Source: an uncultured Croceitalea sp.
Lineage (GTDB): Bacteria > Bacteroidota > Bacteroidia > Flavobacteriales > Flavobacteriaceae
Assembly: GCF_947495075.1 (NCBI RefSeq)
Contig: NZ_CANLXH010000004.1
Direction: 5' to 3' (one strand)
DNA: 64,000 bases
In this document: positions 1 through 8,644 of the stretch, one piece after another
How the letters are laid out: each line of letters opens with the position of its first letter
Position numbering within the stretch: the first letter of the stretch is position 1
Translations under genes and position numbers: made by a program
The notes under the pieces: generated by a model
Told to the model about the DNA's origin: nothing
What the model saw: only the letters and a program-made list of their open reading frames with translations
The model's database searches: none

Positions 1-355
1 TCGTATCTGGAATATCGCCATCTTCGGTCATATGCATCTCTACTTTCTCAAGACCATATTTTTCAACCTCTTCGTATTTACCTCTAACAACATTAATAGC
101 TAAAGGAAATTTTAAGATGTTTGGAAATTTAAAATAAATTGTAAAAAAAGTGGCTCCCAAAACTAGGAGAATTAGAACTATTGGTATATTGTATTCTCCA
201 ACTGGTATTGTGGTCAAGACAAACCCTTCCCACCATGAAGCAAAAGGCATAAATTTGTCATTTACTATTTCATCAAGACCTTTCTCTTCGGCTTCTTGTG
301 CAAATGTAAATAGTGGTAATAGAAAAGATAAAATTGAGAGAAGTTTATACTTCAT
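1..355 (-). CDS. Alanine/glycine:cation symporter (AGCS) family protein, N-terminal part (runs off window start)
   Basis: Not in ORF track. Hand translation from ATG at 355: MKYKLLSILSFLLPLFTFAQEAEEKGLDEIVNDKFMPFASWWEGFVL...LLVLGATFFTIYFKF...VVRGKY...EDGDIPDT, typical of flavobacterial AGCS N-termini. Confidence 0.75.
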   Translation of the reverse strand, partial: MKYKLLSILSFLLPLFTFAQEAEEKGLDEIVNDKFMPFASWWEGFVLTTIPVGEYNIPIVLILLVLGATFFTIYFKFPNILKFPLAINVVRGKYEEVEKYGLEKVEMHMTEDGDIPDT

Positions 356-440
356 AATATGTATTTGGTTATGTTAATTTGATGTAAGGTCGACAATATC
401 TTAAAAAAAACTAACTGAATCAAATTTATTGCTTGTTAAA

Positions 441-1448
441 CTAATCTAATTGAAACATTAAATTAAGCTTATTTATCTGTTCTGGTCTTCCAAGAACTAT
501 GACTTTACCCTTTGGTTCTAGCTCTAAATCTGCTTCTGGATTTATAATATAGTTTCCCTTTGGAGTAATATACCCAATAATTGTGCACCCTGTCTTACGT
601 CTAAGGTCTAAATCTCTAATGGAGCTACAATCTAATTGTCCTTGAAAATCCTCAATCTCAACTTCTTCTAAATTTGTGGTGTGTTCTCCTTCTACAGATA
701 ATTTATCCATAAAAGTGATTAAATCTGGCATTACAACCAAAGAAGCCATGTGATCTCCTCCAATTTTATCTGGCATTATTACTTTATTGGCTCCTGCAAA
801 TTGTAATTTCTTAATTGAAGTAACCTGAGAGGCTCTGCTTATTATAAAAAGATTATCATTCATTTGTCTAGCAGAAAGAACAACAAAGAGGTTTATTGCA
901 TCATCAGGCAATGCAGTTACCAAATATTGCGCCCTATCAATACCTGCTTCAAGTAAAACTTCATCTTCATTAACATCTCCCTCCACAAAAAGCACATCAT
1001 CTTCATTAGCTTCTATAACCTTTTCATCCTTCTCTACAACCACAAAAGGTTTATTGTAAGCTCTGAGTTTTTCTGCAGCTTGTTTTCCATTTCGTCCATA
1101 TCCACAGACAACAACATGATTGGACAACCGGTTTATTTTATTCTTCACACGCTTTTTCTTTAAAAGTTGTAACGAGTTTCTACTTAAAATATATTCTGTT
1201 ATCACCGAAATGGCAAAACCAAAAATAAAAACGCTCGATACGATTAAAAATACAGTAAAAATTTTAGCACTATCATCTAGCGGTCTTACTTCTGAAAAAC
1301 CAACCGTAGTAACAGTAATTACCGTCATATAGAAGGCATTTACCCACGTAAAACCATAGAAAAAATGATAGCCACAAATACCAACCAAAAGTATGATGGT
1401 CATTAAAGATAAAGCCCAAACTATTCGTGATTTAAAAAGTTTAATCAT
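441..1448 (-). CDS. Two-TM potassium channel with RCK (TrkA-N/TrkA-C) domains
   Basis: TM-pore-TM with TVITVTTVGFSEV, then Rossmann VVCGYGRNG and C-terminal TrkA-C. Confidence 0.9.
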   Translation of the reverse strand: MIKLFKSRIVWALSLMTIILLVGICGYHFFYGFTWVNAFYMTVITVTTVGFSEVRPLDDSAKIFTVFLIVSSVFIFGFAISVITEYILSRNSLQLLKKKRVKNKINRLSNHVVVCGYGRNGKQAAEKLRAYNKPFVVVEKDEKVIEANEDDVLFVEGDVNEDEVLLEAGIDRAQYLVTALPDDAINLFVVLSARQMNDNLFIISRASQVTSIKKLQFAGANKVIMPDKIGGDHMASLVVMPDLITFMDKLSVEGEHTTNLEEVEIEDFQGQLDCSSIRDLDLRRKTGCTIIGYITPKGNYIINPEADLELEPKGKVIVLGRPEQINKLNLMFQLD

Positions 1449-1450
1449 AG

Positions 1451-1678
1451 CTATAAGTCAAAAACTGAAGTACGTTTAGTATAAACCAAATCTTTAATTT
1501 TTAACCAAAAAGCGATGAATAGATACAAAGCAAAACCAAAACCTAAAGTTGCAAATGTGAGATATATAAATGTAGTACGTACTACTCTTGCCCTAATACC
1601 ACAGCGTTCTGCTATTCTACGGCAAACTTCAAAACCTCGTTTTTGAAAATAATATAATATATCATATATCCAACGCAT
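1451..1678 (-). CDS. PspC-domain small membrane protein
   Basis: 75 aa; VC..IAE..GI...VR..FI + TM helix; no gap on either side larger than 8 nt. Confidence 0.7.
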   Translation of the reverse strand: MRWIYDILYYFQKRGFEVCRRIAERCGIRARVVRTTFIYLTFATLGFGFALYLFIAFWLKIKDLVYTKRTSVFDL

Positions 1679-1686
1679 GTTTAAAA

Positions 1687-2970
1687 TTAGCTATTTCTAT
1701 TTAAAAGTGAATTACCCACAGTACACTTTAAACAATGATTTAATGAACAATACTTATTGTAAAGTTGCAATTTTGCTTGACTTTGAAAAGCATTATTAGA
1801 TTTCTTACTCAAATCACTGAACTTTTTAATAACACTATTTTTCTCTGCGCCTAGACCGGACATTAATGTTATTAATTCTGAACTAATATCTTTTCCCAGT
1901 TTTTTACTATAGGCAAACTTTAACGGTATTAGTGTATTAATTAGAATTAAATCGATAGTATTTCTAGTTAACGATTTCTTGAAAGGTTTAGACTCTTTAC
2001 CAAAAGTGTAATGGTTATCCCAATAATTACTTGCTTTGGCACTAAATAAACTATAGAAATCTTCCAACTTACTTATCTCCATAACCTTACTGAACAAATT
2101 TATGTTTTGGGCATACAAATTTGAAAATTGAGACAATCTTATTGTTGGAAAATTATTTGGTCTTAAGCCAAAAAAATCAGGTTTTTGAACTCCTGATTCA
2201 TCTAGGTTAAACTTGTTTTTCTGAAAAGTAAATTCTTCTTGTAATTTTCTGTAATAATCACCAAGGTCTTCCTTGCGGTCTAACAACTTGGCCATTCCCA
2301 ACAAAACGCTCTCTAAAACAGTAGAATTGTTTTGTAACTTTCTTACAATAGAAAAGTTTATAGATTTTGAAATACTCAAAAACGATTCTCCATTTACTTT
2401 GGAGCCAAAGTTTTTTAATAGCATAGAAAAAAGAACGTGCTCCCAGTTATTATTAGAAACATTTAATAAATCGAAAATTAGTTTCGATTTTTCTTCTAAC
2501 CGTTCTATATATAATCTTTCTAAAAAGTTGTCAAATAAGAAATCATCAATAGTATTAATATCGCTTTCACAATTAATAAATTTCTTTTTGGAGTTTTCTA
2601 ATAAATTCTCATAGCCTGATAAAAATGAATTCGGGACAATATTTTTTAACTCAAGTGTAGGTATTTCTGTATTATCTTTTCTGAATACAGAAATATCATC
2701 TTCCCAAACTACATGGAGAATAACATTATCATAGTTTGAATCTGTTTCATGACCATGCGCATACCAATCTGATGCTTTTAAATGCATTTCTACATTACCA
2801 GCCCATACTTGCCCATTAATTTCAAATTTGGCATTAAAAAAATCAGGTCCAGAATTAAGGTTGTGTTGACCAAAATTAAGAATTAACAACTCTTCACCCT
2901 TGGCTGTTTTAAGTTGTTTTAGTGGCAACTTATTGGTTTTCCATATAAAATGCAGTAAATCTTCTCGCAT
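1687..2970 (-). CDS. DUF2851 family protein
   Basis: MREDLLHFIW, N.GPDFFNA, W.GNVE.H..ASDW..HGH..D..Y..VILHVVW, NNFPTIRL, C-terminal C..C. Confidence 0.85.
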   Translation of the reverse strand: MREDLLHFIWKTNKLPLKQLKTAKGEELLILNFGQHNLNSGPDFFNAKFEINGQVWAGNVEMHLKASDWYAHGHETDSNYDNVILHVVWEDDISVFRKDNTEIPTLELKNIVPNSFLSGYENLLENSKKKFINCESDINTIDDFLFDNFLERLYIERLEEKSKLIFDLLNVSNNNWEHVLFSMLLKNFGSKVNGESFLSISKSINFSIVRKLQNNSTVLESVLLGMAKLLDRKEDLGDYYRKLQEEFTFQKNKFNLDESGVQKPDFFGLRPNNFPTIRLSQFSNLYAQNINLFSKVMEISKLEDFYSLFSAKASNYWDNHYTFGKESKPFKKSLTRNTIDLILINTLIPLKFAYSKKLGKDISSELITLMSGLGAEKNSVIKKFSDLSKKSNNAFQSQAKLQLYNKYCSLNHCLKCTVGNSLLNRNS

Positions 2971-2985
2971 ATGAAGGCTACAAAG

Positions 2986-3294
2986 CTATTCAGCAACTTC
3001 ACCTTCCCAGTTCATAAAACCGCCTTCTAGGTTATAAGCATTTTCTATTCCAATGCTATTCATTATTGCACAGGCTTGTCCACTTCTATTGCCAGAGCGG
3101 CAGTACACATAAAAGTTTTTTGATTTATCCAATTCTTCAATCTTATCCAAAAATTCCTGCCCTAAATAAATGTCAATATTTGTTGAATTAGGAATAAATC
3201 CTTCTGCTACTTCTTCTGGAGTGCGAACATCTAAAATGTAAGCATTGTCATCATTCTTAAGTTGTTCTGACCACTCTTCCTGTGTTAAATCCAT
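2986..3294 (-). CDS. Rhodanese-like domain protein
   Basis: ILDVRTPEE and active-site YCRSGNRS; start moved to ATG 3294 (MDLTQEEW) because the longer ORF overlaps the upstream gene. Confidence 0.85.
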   Translation of the reverse strand: MDLTQEEWSEQLKNDDNAYILDVRTPEEVAEGFIPNSTNIDIYLGQEFLDKIEELDKSKNFYVYCRSGNRSGQACAIMNSIGIENAYNLEGGFMNWEGEVAE

Positions 3295-3371
3295 CCTGTT
3301 AATTAAATTAAGTTTGGTAAAAATAAAAGTCCGAAGCATAACTCCAGACTTAAAACTAGCTATTTTTCTTA

Positions 3372-3986
3372 TTATACTTTTATAGAGCATCCTATTGCTC
3401 GAGTTTTTGTTACCTCAATTTCTTCACCTGCCAACATAGCATCAACAGCATTCTCTACATATTTATCCTCAACTTTACTTTCATCCTGATAATTATCGTC
3501 TATTGCACCGATATATTTTACAATATTCCCTTTTTTGGTTTTCTCTAAAAGATAAATATGAGGTGTTTTACTTGCTCCATATTGCGGGTAGATTTTTTGA
3601 CCTTCATCCAATAAATAAGGAAAAGTAAATCTTTTTTCTTTTGCTCTAATCTTCATTTTATCAAAGCTGTCTCCTGGTTTTACATCAGGATTATTTGGGT
3701 TTATTGCAATCACAGGAACTCCCATTTCTTTATACTTTTTATCTAATAAAATTATTCTATCTTCATAAGCCACAGCATAAGGACAGGTATTACAGGTGAA
3801 AATAATTAAAAAACCTTTTGCGTCTTTATAGTTAGAAAGAGAAACCATTTCTCCATCTACATTTTTCAATGAAAAATCGGTAGCTATATCTCCGATGTCA
3901 TAACCTGACGCCAGTTCATTATTCTTTATGGATGCCATTGTGATAAAAACTATGGCAAATAATCCAATTGTCTTAATTATTTTCAT
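3372..3986 (-). CDS. Exported thioredoxin-fold (AhpC/TSA-like) protein
   Basis: Signal peptide, DFSLKNVDG, CNTCPY (CxxC), C-terminal AIGCSIK. Confidence 0.85.
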   Translation of the reverse strand: MKIIKTIGLFAIVFITMASIKNNELASGYDIGDIATDFSLKNVDGEMVSLSNYKDAKGFLIIFTCNTCPYAVAYEDRIILLDKKYKEMGVPVIAINPNNPDVKPGDSFDKMKIRAKEKRFTFPYLLDEGQKIYPQYGASKTPHIYLLEKTKKGNIVKYIGAIDDNYQDESKVEDKYVENAVDAMLAGEEIEVTKTRAIGCSIKV

Positions 3987-3988
3987 TT

Positions 3989-4534
3989 CTATTTATTTAA
4001 AAATTTATCTAATTCTGCATTCAACTCCTCATATGTAAAACCATGAGAATAAAAAATTCGTTTCTCCTTATTGTATATTAGAGTAGCTGGAATGCCTCCT
4101 TCCCAGTTTGCATCAATCTTTGGTATCCATTCATTCATTTTTGGGTCATCTAAAATAACCACTTCTCCTTTTAAATTCTTTTCTTTTACAAAGGGCACTA
4201 ATCTTTTCTCCCACATGGATGGCATATCTAAACTCACCAAAAACATCTCAACATTGTTATCCTTTTGCTCTGCATAAGTCTTTTCAAAATCAGGAACTTC
4301 TTCAATACAAGGTTTACACCAAGTGGCCCAAAAATTTACGATATAGGTTTTATCATCCTTTTTATTTAAAAGTGGTTCTAATCCAGAGAAATCATAAATT
4401 GGAAAATCAACTGAGATATCCTTTGCAACTTTAGTGTTCATAGATTCTCCCAAAGGAACTTCTTTTGTGTTTTTTGAAATACAAGAAGTCAAAAAAAGAG
4501 CTACTAAAAAAATCAATACTACTAATTGTCTCAT
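3989..4534 (-). CDS. TlpA-family disulfide reductase lipoprotein
   Basis: Lipobox LTSC; NFWATWCKPC. Confidence 0.85.
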   Translation of the reverse strand: MRQLVVLIFLVALFLTSCISKNTKEVPLGESMNTKVAKDISVDFPIYDFSGLEPLLNKKDDKTYIVNFWATWCKPCIEEVPDFEKTYAEQKDNNVEMFLVSLDMPSMWEKRLVPFVKEKNLKGEVVILDDPKMNEWIPKIDANWEGGIPATLIYNKEKRIFYSHGFTYEELNAELDKFLNK

Positions 4535-4613
4535 TAGTTGTTATTTACTCGTTAAAATTAACCAAACTCAATATCTGTCTTAAAGGTTTAACATAAAATT
4601 AGCTACACGAGGT

Positions 4614-4645
4614 TTTGAACCAAGAAAGAAATTTAATTACATTTG
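4614..4645 (+). promoter_or_regulatory. Bacteroidota primary-sigma promoter of the marR-like gene
   Basis: TTTG 4614-4617, 20-nt spacer, TACATTTG 4638-4645. Confidence 0.7.
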
Positions 4646-4662
4646 TATATACAATTATTGTA
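4643..4662. promoter_or_regulatory. Putative MarR operator (two overlapping palindromes)
   Basis: TTGTATATACAA 4643-4654 (perfect) and TACAAT-T-ATTGTA 4650-4662, over the predicted transcription start. Confidence 0.6.
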
Positions 4663-4667
4663 ATGAC

Positions 4668-5114
4668 ATGAATGTTGAGAAAATTATAAAGACTAAGAAG
4701 GAAATGTCTATTGAAACTAGAACTATAATTCATTTATCCCTGGTGAATTCAAAGTTAAATGAGGCTATGACTAATGCTCTTAAACCTTTTGATGTTTCAT
4801 TACAACAATTTAATGTCCTACGAATTTTAAGAGGACAAAATGGTTTGCCTGCAAATTTATCTACTTTAAATGAGCGTATGGTTACTAAAATGAGTAACAC
4901 GACAAGGTTAGTAGATAAGCTTTTACTGAAAGGTTTTGCAAATAGAAAAATATGTCCTACTAATAGAAGAAAAATTGAAATTAGTATTACACAAAAAGGA
5001 CACGAATCACTCAAAGAAATGGACAAAGCAATGGAGTTAGCAGAAGCTGAGGTTTTAGTGGGCTTTACGCATCAAGATTTAGAGGAATTAAATACTTTAT
5101 TAGATAAATTTTAA
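4668..5114 (+). CDS. MarR family transcriptional regulator
   Basis: LQQFNVLRILRG, SNTTRLVDKL, NRRKIEISITQKG winged helix. Confidence 0.9.
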   Translation: MNVEKIIKTKKEMSIETRTIIHLSLVNSKLNEAMTNALKPFDVSLQQFNVLRILRGQNGLPANLSTLNERMVTKMSNTTRLVDKLLLKGFANRKICPTNRRKIEISITQKGHESLKEMDKAMELAEAEVLVGFTHQDLEELNTLLDKF

Positions 5115-5115
5115 A

Positions 5116-5748
5116 ATGAAAAACATCTTAGAAAATAGAACTTGGCGTTATGCCACAAAAAAATTTGATAGCACTAAAAAAATATCAGATAAAGATTTTG
5201 AACTCTTATTGGAGTCTGTTCGCTTAAGTGCTTCATCCTATGGCTTGCAACCGTATAAAATATTCGTGATTTCAAATACTGAAATTAGAGAAAAATTAAA
5301 GCCTGTTTCTTGGGGGCAATCTCAAATAACAGATGCTTCACATCTTATTGTTTTTGCAAACCAAACCACATTTGGTGAAGAACTTGTAAACAATTATCTA
5401 AACAATGTCTCGGAAACAAGAGATATTCCTGCAGAGGGTCTTAAAGACTATGGTAGTTTTATGAAGTCTAAATTAATGGACTTACCAAATGAAACTAAAA
5501 AAGTATGGACAGCGAAACAGGTTTATATTGCCTTAGGAAATTTAATGCAAGCTGCTGCAGAACTCAAAATAGATACTTGCCCTATGGAAGGTTTTGAAGT
5601 TGAAAAGTATGATGAGATTCTAGGACTAACAGAAAAAGGTTTAACAACCAGTGTTGTATTACCAATCGGATACCGTTCCAAGGAAGACCAAACTCAACAC
5701 CTAGCCAAAGTTCGTAAATCAAAAGAAGAATTATTTACCCATATATAA
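5116..5748 (+). CDS. Nitroreductase-family NAD(P)H-dependent oxidoreductase
   Basis: WRYATKKFD, SASSYGLQP, DTCPMEGF, IGYRS. Confidence 0.9.
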   Translation: MKNILENRTWRYATKKFDSTKKISDKDFELLLESVRLSASSYGLQPYKIFVISNTEIREKLKPVSWGQSQITDASHLIVFANQTTFGEELVNNYLNNVSETRDIPAEGLKDYGSFMKSKLMDLPNETKKVWTAKQVYIALGNLMQAAAELKIDTCPMEGFEVEKYDEILGLTEKGLTTSVVLPIGYRSKEDQTQHLAKVRKSKEELFTHI

Positions 5749-5788
5749 ATATTAAAAACAATTATCAACAAAGATTAATTTTTAAAAC

Positions 5789-6364
5789 ATGAAAAAGAAC
5801 ATTTTAAGTTTAGCCTTAACACTAGTATTTGGAGCCACAGTTATTGCTGGTCCAATTGATGGAGAAAAGAAAACTGTAAATACAGAAACCAGCAAAGTAG
5901 CCTGGAAAGCCTATAAAGTTACCGGTTCACATACAGGAACAATTACACTAAAATCTGGTGCTTTAGAATTTGATGGTGATAAGCTTACCGGAGGGGAATT
6001 TGTTGTAGACATGACTACTATAAACACAACAGATTTAGAAGGCGAATACAAAGGAAAATTAGATGGTCACTTACATTCAGATGATTTTTTCTCAACTGCA
6101 ACAAACCCAACTTCGTCTATCGTATTTACAAGTGTAGAAGCTTCGGGTAAAAATTCTTACAACGTAACTGGTGATTTAACCATTAAAGGAATCACTAAGC
6201 CTGTAAGTTTTGACATTTCTGTATATGGAAGCAAAGCAACCGCAACTTTAAAAGTCGACAGAGCAAAGTATAATGTAAAATACGGTTCTGGTAGTTTCTT
6301 TGATAACCTAGGCGACAAAACAATCTATGATGAGTTTGATTTAGTGGTTGATTTAGAATTCTAG
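5789..6364 (+). CDS. YceI family protein (exported)
   Basis: Signal peptide; W.A.KVTG.H.G, LDGHL.S.DFF, GDLTIKGITK. Confidence 0.9.
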   Translation: MKKNILSLALTLVFGATVIAGPIDGEKKTVNTETSKVAWKAYKVTGSHTGTITLKSGALEFDGDKLTGGEFVVDMTTINTTDLEGEYKGKLDGHLHSDDFFSTATNPTSSIVFTSVEASGKNSYNVTGDLTIKGITKPVSFDISVYGSKATATLKVDRAKYNVKYGSGSFFDNLGDKTIYDEFDLVVDLEF

Positions 6365-6440
6365 TTAATACTAATTATTGAAAAAAAAATTAAAATATCC
6401 TGTCAAATACGGTGATATATTTATTTATAACACGTGTTTG

Positions 6441-6471
6441 TTTGATAGTTTAAAATTGATTTCTATATTTG
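6441..6471 (+). promoter_or_regulatory. trp operon promoter
   Basis: TTTG 6441-6444, 19-nt spacer, TATATTTG 6464-6471. Confidence 0.75.
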
Positions 6472-6476
6472 ACCTA

Positions 6477-6530
6477 ATGAAAACAATAAACAAAAATTGG
6501 TGGTGGATTAATTTACGACGTATTTCGTGA
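6477..6530 (+). CDS. trpL: trp operon leader peptide MKTINKNWWWINLRRIS
   Basis: Not in ORF track. Three tandem TGG codons (6498-6506), directly upstream of a terminator and trpE. Confidence 0.9.
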   Translation: MKTINKNWWWINLRRIS

Positions 6531-6554
6531 ACCAGTCCCTATTAAAAAAAAATA

Positions 6555-6585
6555 AAGGCTTGTCATCACGACAAGCCTTTTTTAA
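6555..6585 (+). terminator. trp attenuator terminator
   Basis: AAAGGCTTGTC-ATCAC-GACAAGCCTTT followed by a T-rich tail. Confidence 0.9.
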
Positions 6586-6601
6586 TTTATAGCATATTGA
6601 A

Positions 6602-7999
6602 ATGAAATTTAATTTAAAGACCTTCCATAAAAAAATACTTGCAGACACAATTACTCCTGTAAGTATTTATCTAAAAATAAGGGATAAATTTCCAAACAGC
6701 ATTCTATTGGAAAGTAGCGACTACAGGGCAAACGACAACAACTTTTCTTATATCTGTTGTAACCCTATTGCATCTATTAAAGTTGAAAACGAAGTCATTT
6801 CTAAAGAATATCCAGATGGCTCAAAAGAAGATATTAAAGTTACTAGCGATATTGACATCACTCAAGAACTTAATGCTTTTAGCCAGCAATTTTCAACTAC
6901 AAATCAAGACTTTAAGTTTATTACTAATGGGCTTTTTGGTTTTATGGCCTATGATGCCGTTCGTTATTTTGAAGATGTCAAAATATCAAAAAAGGATAAC
7001 TCCATAGCTATCCCAGATTTATACTACGCAGTTTATCAAAATGTAATTGCCATAAATCATTTTAAAAACGAAGCATATCTTTTTGCTCACTGTTTTAATT
7101 CGGAGAATAATATTCCTCAATTAGAACAAGTATTAAAAGTGAGAAGTTTTGCTTCCTATAATTTCTCTAAAGATGGTGATGTTAAAACCAACCTAGAAGA
7201 TCAAGCTTTTAAAGAACATGTAGCCCTTGCAAAAAAACATTGTCAACGTGGCGATGTTTTTCAATTAGTACTATCTAGAAGGTTCTCTCAAGGGTTCAAA
7301 GGAGATGAGTTTAACGTGTACCGTGCGCTACGCTCTATTAATCCATCACCATATCTTTTCTTTTTTGATTATGGTAATTTTAAAATATTTGGAAGCTCAC
7401 CAGAGGCTCAGCTTATCGTAAAAGAAGGTAAAGCCGAGATTCATCCTATTGCAGGCACCTATAAACGTACCGGTAATGATGAACAAGACGCAGCGTTAGC
7501 AAAACAATTAGCTGAAGATGATAAGGAAAATAGTGAGCATGTCATGTTAGTGGATTTAGCAAGGAACGACTTAAGTAGAAATGGTAATCTTGTAAATGTG
7601 GAAACCTACCGTGAGGTTCAGTACTTCTCTCATGTAATTCATTTAGTATCAAAAGTAACTGGGATAAAAAAGCCCAATATTTCTACCTTAAAAATTGTTG
7701 CTGATACTTTTCCGGCAGGCACTTTAAGTGGAGCACCTAAACACATGGCTATGCAACTTATCGAAAAATATGAAAAAACCAGTAGAGGGTATTACGGAGG
7801 TGCTATAGGCTTTATGGATTTCAATGGTAATTTTAACCATGCTATTATGATTAGAACATTTTTAAGCAAAAACCATGAGTTACATTTTCAAGCTGGAGCA
7901 GGTATAGTAGCAGCTTCAGATGCAGAAGACGAATTACAAGAAACATATAACAAATTAGGAGCCCTAAATAAAGCGCTTGAAATTGCTGAAACCATCTAG
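6602..7999 (+). CDS. trpE: Anthranilate synthase component I
   Basis: ILLES, GDVFQLVLS, SINPSPY, PIAGT, EHVMLVDLARND, FPAGTLSGAPK. Confidence 0.95.
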   Translation: MKFNLKTFHKKILADTITPVSIYLKIRDKFPNSILLESSDYRANDNNFSYICCNPIASIKVENEVISKEYPDGSKEDIKVTSDIDITQELNAFSQQFSTTNQDFKFITNGLFGFMAYDAVRYFEDVKISKKDNSIAIPDLYYAVYQNVIAINHFKNEAYLFAHCFNSENNIPQLEQVLKVRSFASYNFSKDGDVKTNLEDQAFKEHVALAKKHCQRGDVFQLVLSRRFSQGFKGDEFNVYRALRSINPSPYLFFFDYGNFKIFGSSPEAQLIVKEGKAEIHPIAGTYKRTGNDEQDAALAKQLAEDDKENSEHVMLVDLARNDLSRNGNLVNVETYREVQYFSHVIHLVSKVTGIKKPNISTLKIVADTFPAGTLSGAPKHMAMQLIEKYEKTSRGYYGGAIGFMDFNGNFNHAIMIRTFLSKNHELHFQAGAGIVAASDAEDELQETYNKLGALNKALEIAETI

Positions 8000-8566
8000 A
8001 TGAAAAGAAAGATATTAATGATAGATAATTACGACAGTTTTACCTACAATTTGGTCCACTATCTTGAAGATTTAGATTGCGAGGTTATTGTAAAAAGAAA
8101 TGACCAATTAACACTTGAAGAAGTGGATGCTTTTAAAGAAATTGTACTCTCTCCTGGACCTGGTATTCCAGATGAAGCTGGACTACTAAAAGAAATCATT
8201 TCAACATATTCCGGCAAAAAACGTATTCTAGGTGTTTGTCTAGGGCAACAAGCTATTGGCGAAGTTTTTGGAGGTAGTTTAATAAATCTAGACCAAGTAT
8301 ATCATGGGGTAGCTACAAATATCGAAATTATAAAAGAAGATTATATTTTTAAAGGTCTTCCTAAACAAATAGAAGTTGGTAGGTATCATTCATGGGTAGT
8401 AAACTCAGATTTACCAGATAATTTAGAAGCTACTTCTTTTGATGAAAACGGGCAGGTAATGTCTTTAAGGCATAAAGAATTTGATATTAGAGCTGTACAG
8501 TTTCATCCAGAATCGGTTCTAACACCACAAGGGAAGCAAATATTGAAAAATTGGATTATGGGCTAA
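8000..8566 (+). CDS. trpG: Anthranilate synthase component II (glutamine amidotransferase)
   Basis: IDNYDSFTYN, SPGPG, GVCLG, RYHS, QFHPES. Confidence 0.95.
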   Translation: MKRKILMIDNYDSFTYNLVHYLEDLDCEVIVKRNDQLTLEEVDAFKEIVLSPGPGIPDEAGLLKEIISTYSGKKRILGVCLGQQAIGEVFGGSLINLDQVYHGVATNIEIIKEDYIFKGLPKQIEVGRYHSWVVNSDLPDNLEATSFDENGQVMSLRHKEFDIRAVQFHPESVLTPQGKQILKNWIMG

Positions 8567-8570
8567 AACC

Positions 8571-8637
8571 CAGATATCAGTAGCCAGTATTTAGTACTGA
8601 GTGTATGCTAAATACTCAATACTAATATCTAAATACA
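8571..8637. repeat. Inverted array of degenerate 7-mers (trpG-trpD spacer)
   Basis: cagatat|cagtagc|cagtatt|tagtact|gagtgta-tgct-aaatact|caatact|aatatct|aaataca. Confidence 0.7.
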
Positions 8638-8644
8638 ACAAAAA

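Noticed and set aside
150-377. 75-aa plus-strand ORF in the track
   Set aside because: It is the antisense shadow of the AGCS symporter N-terminus (1-355, minus).
4559-4568. TAACCAAACT as a target of the candidate sRNA seed
   Set aside because: It lies on the plus strand upstream of the marR promoter and so is probably not transcribed in the pairing orientation.
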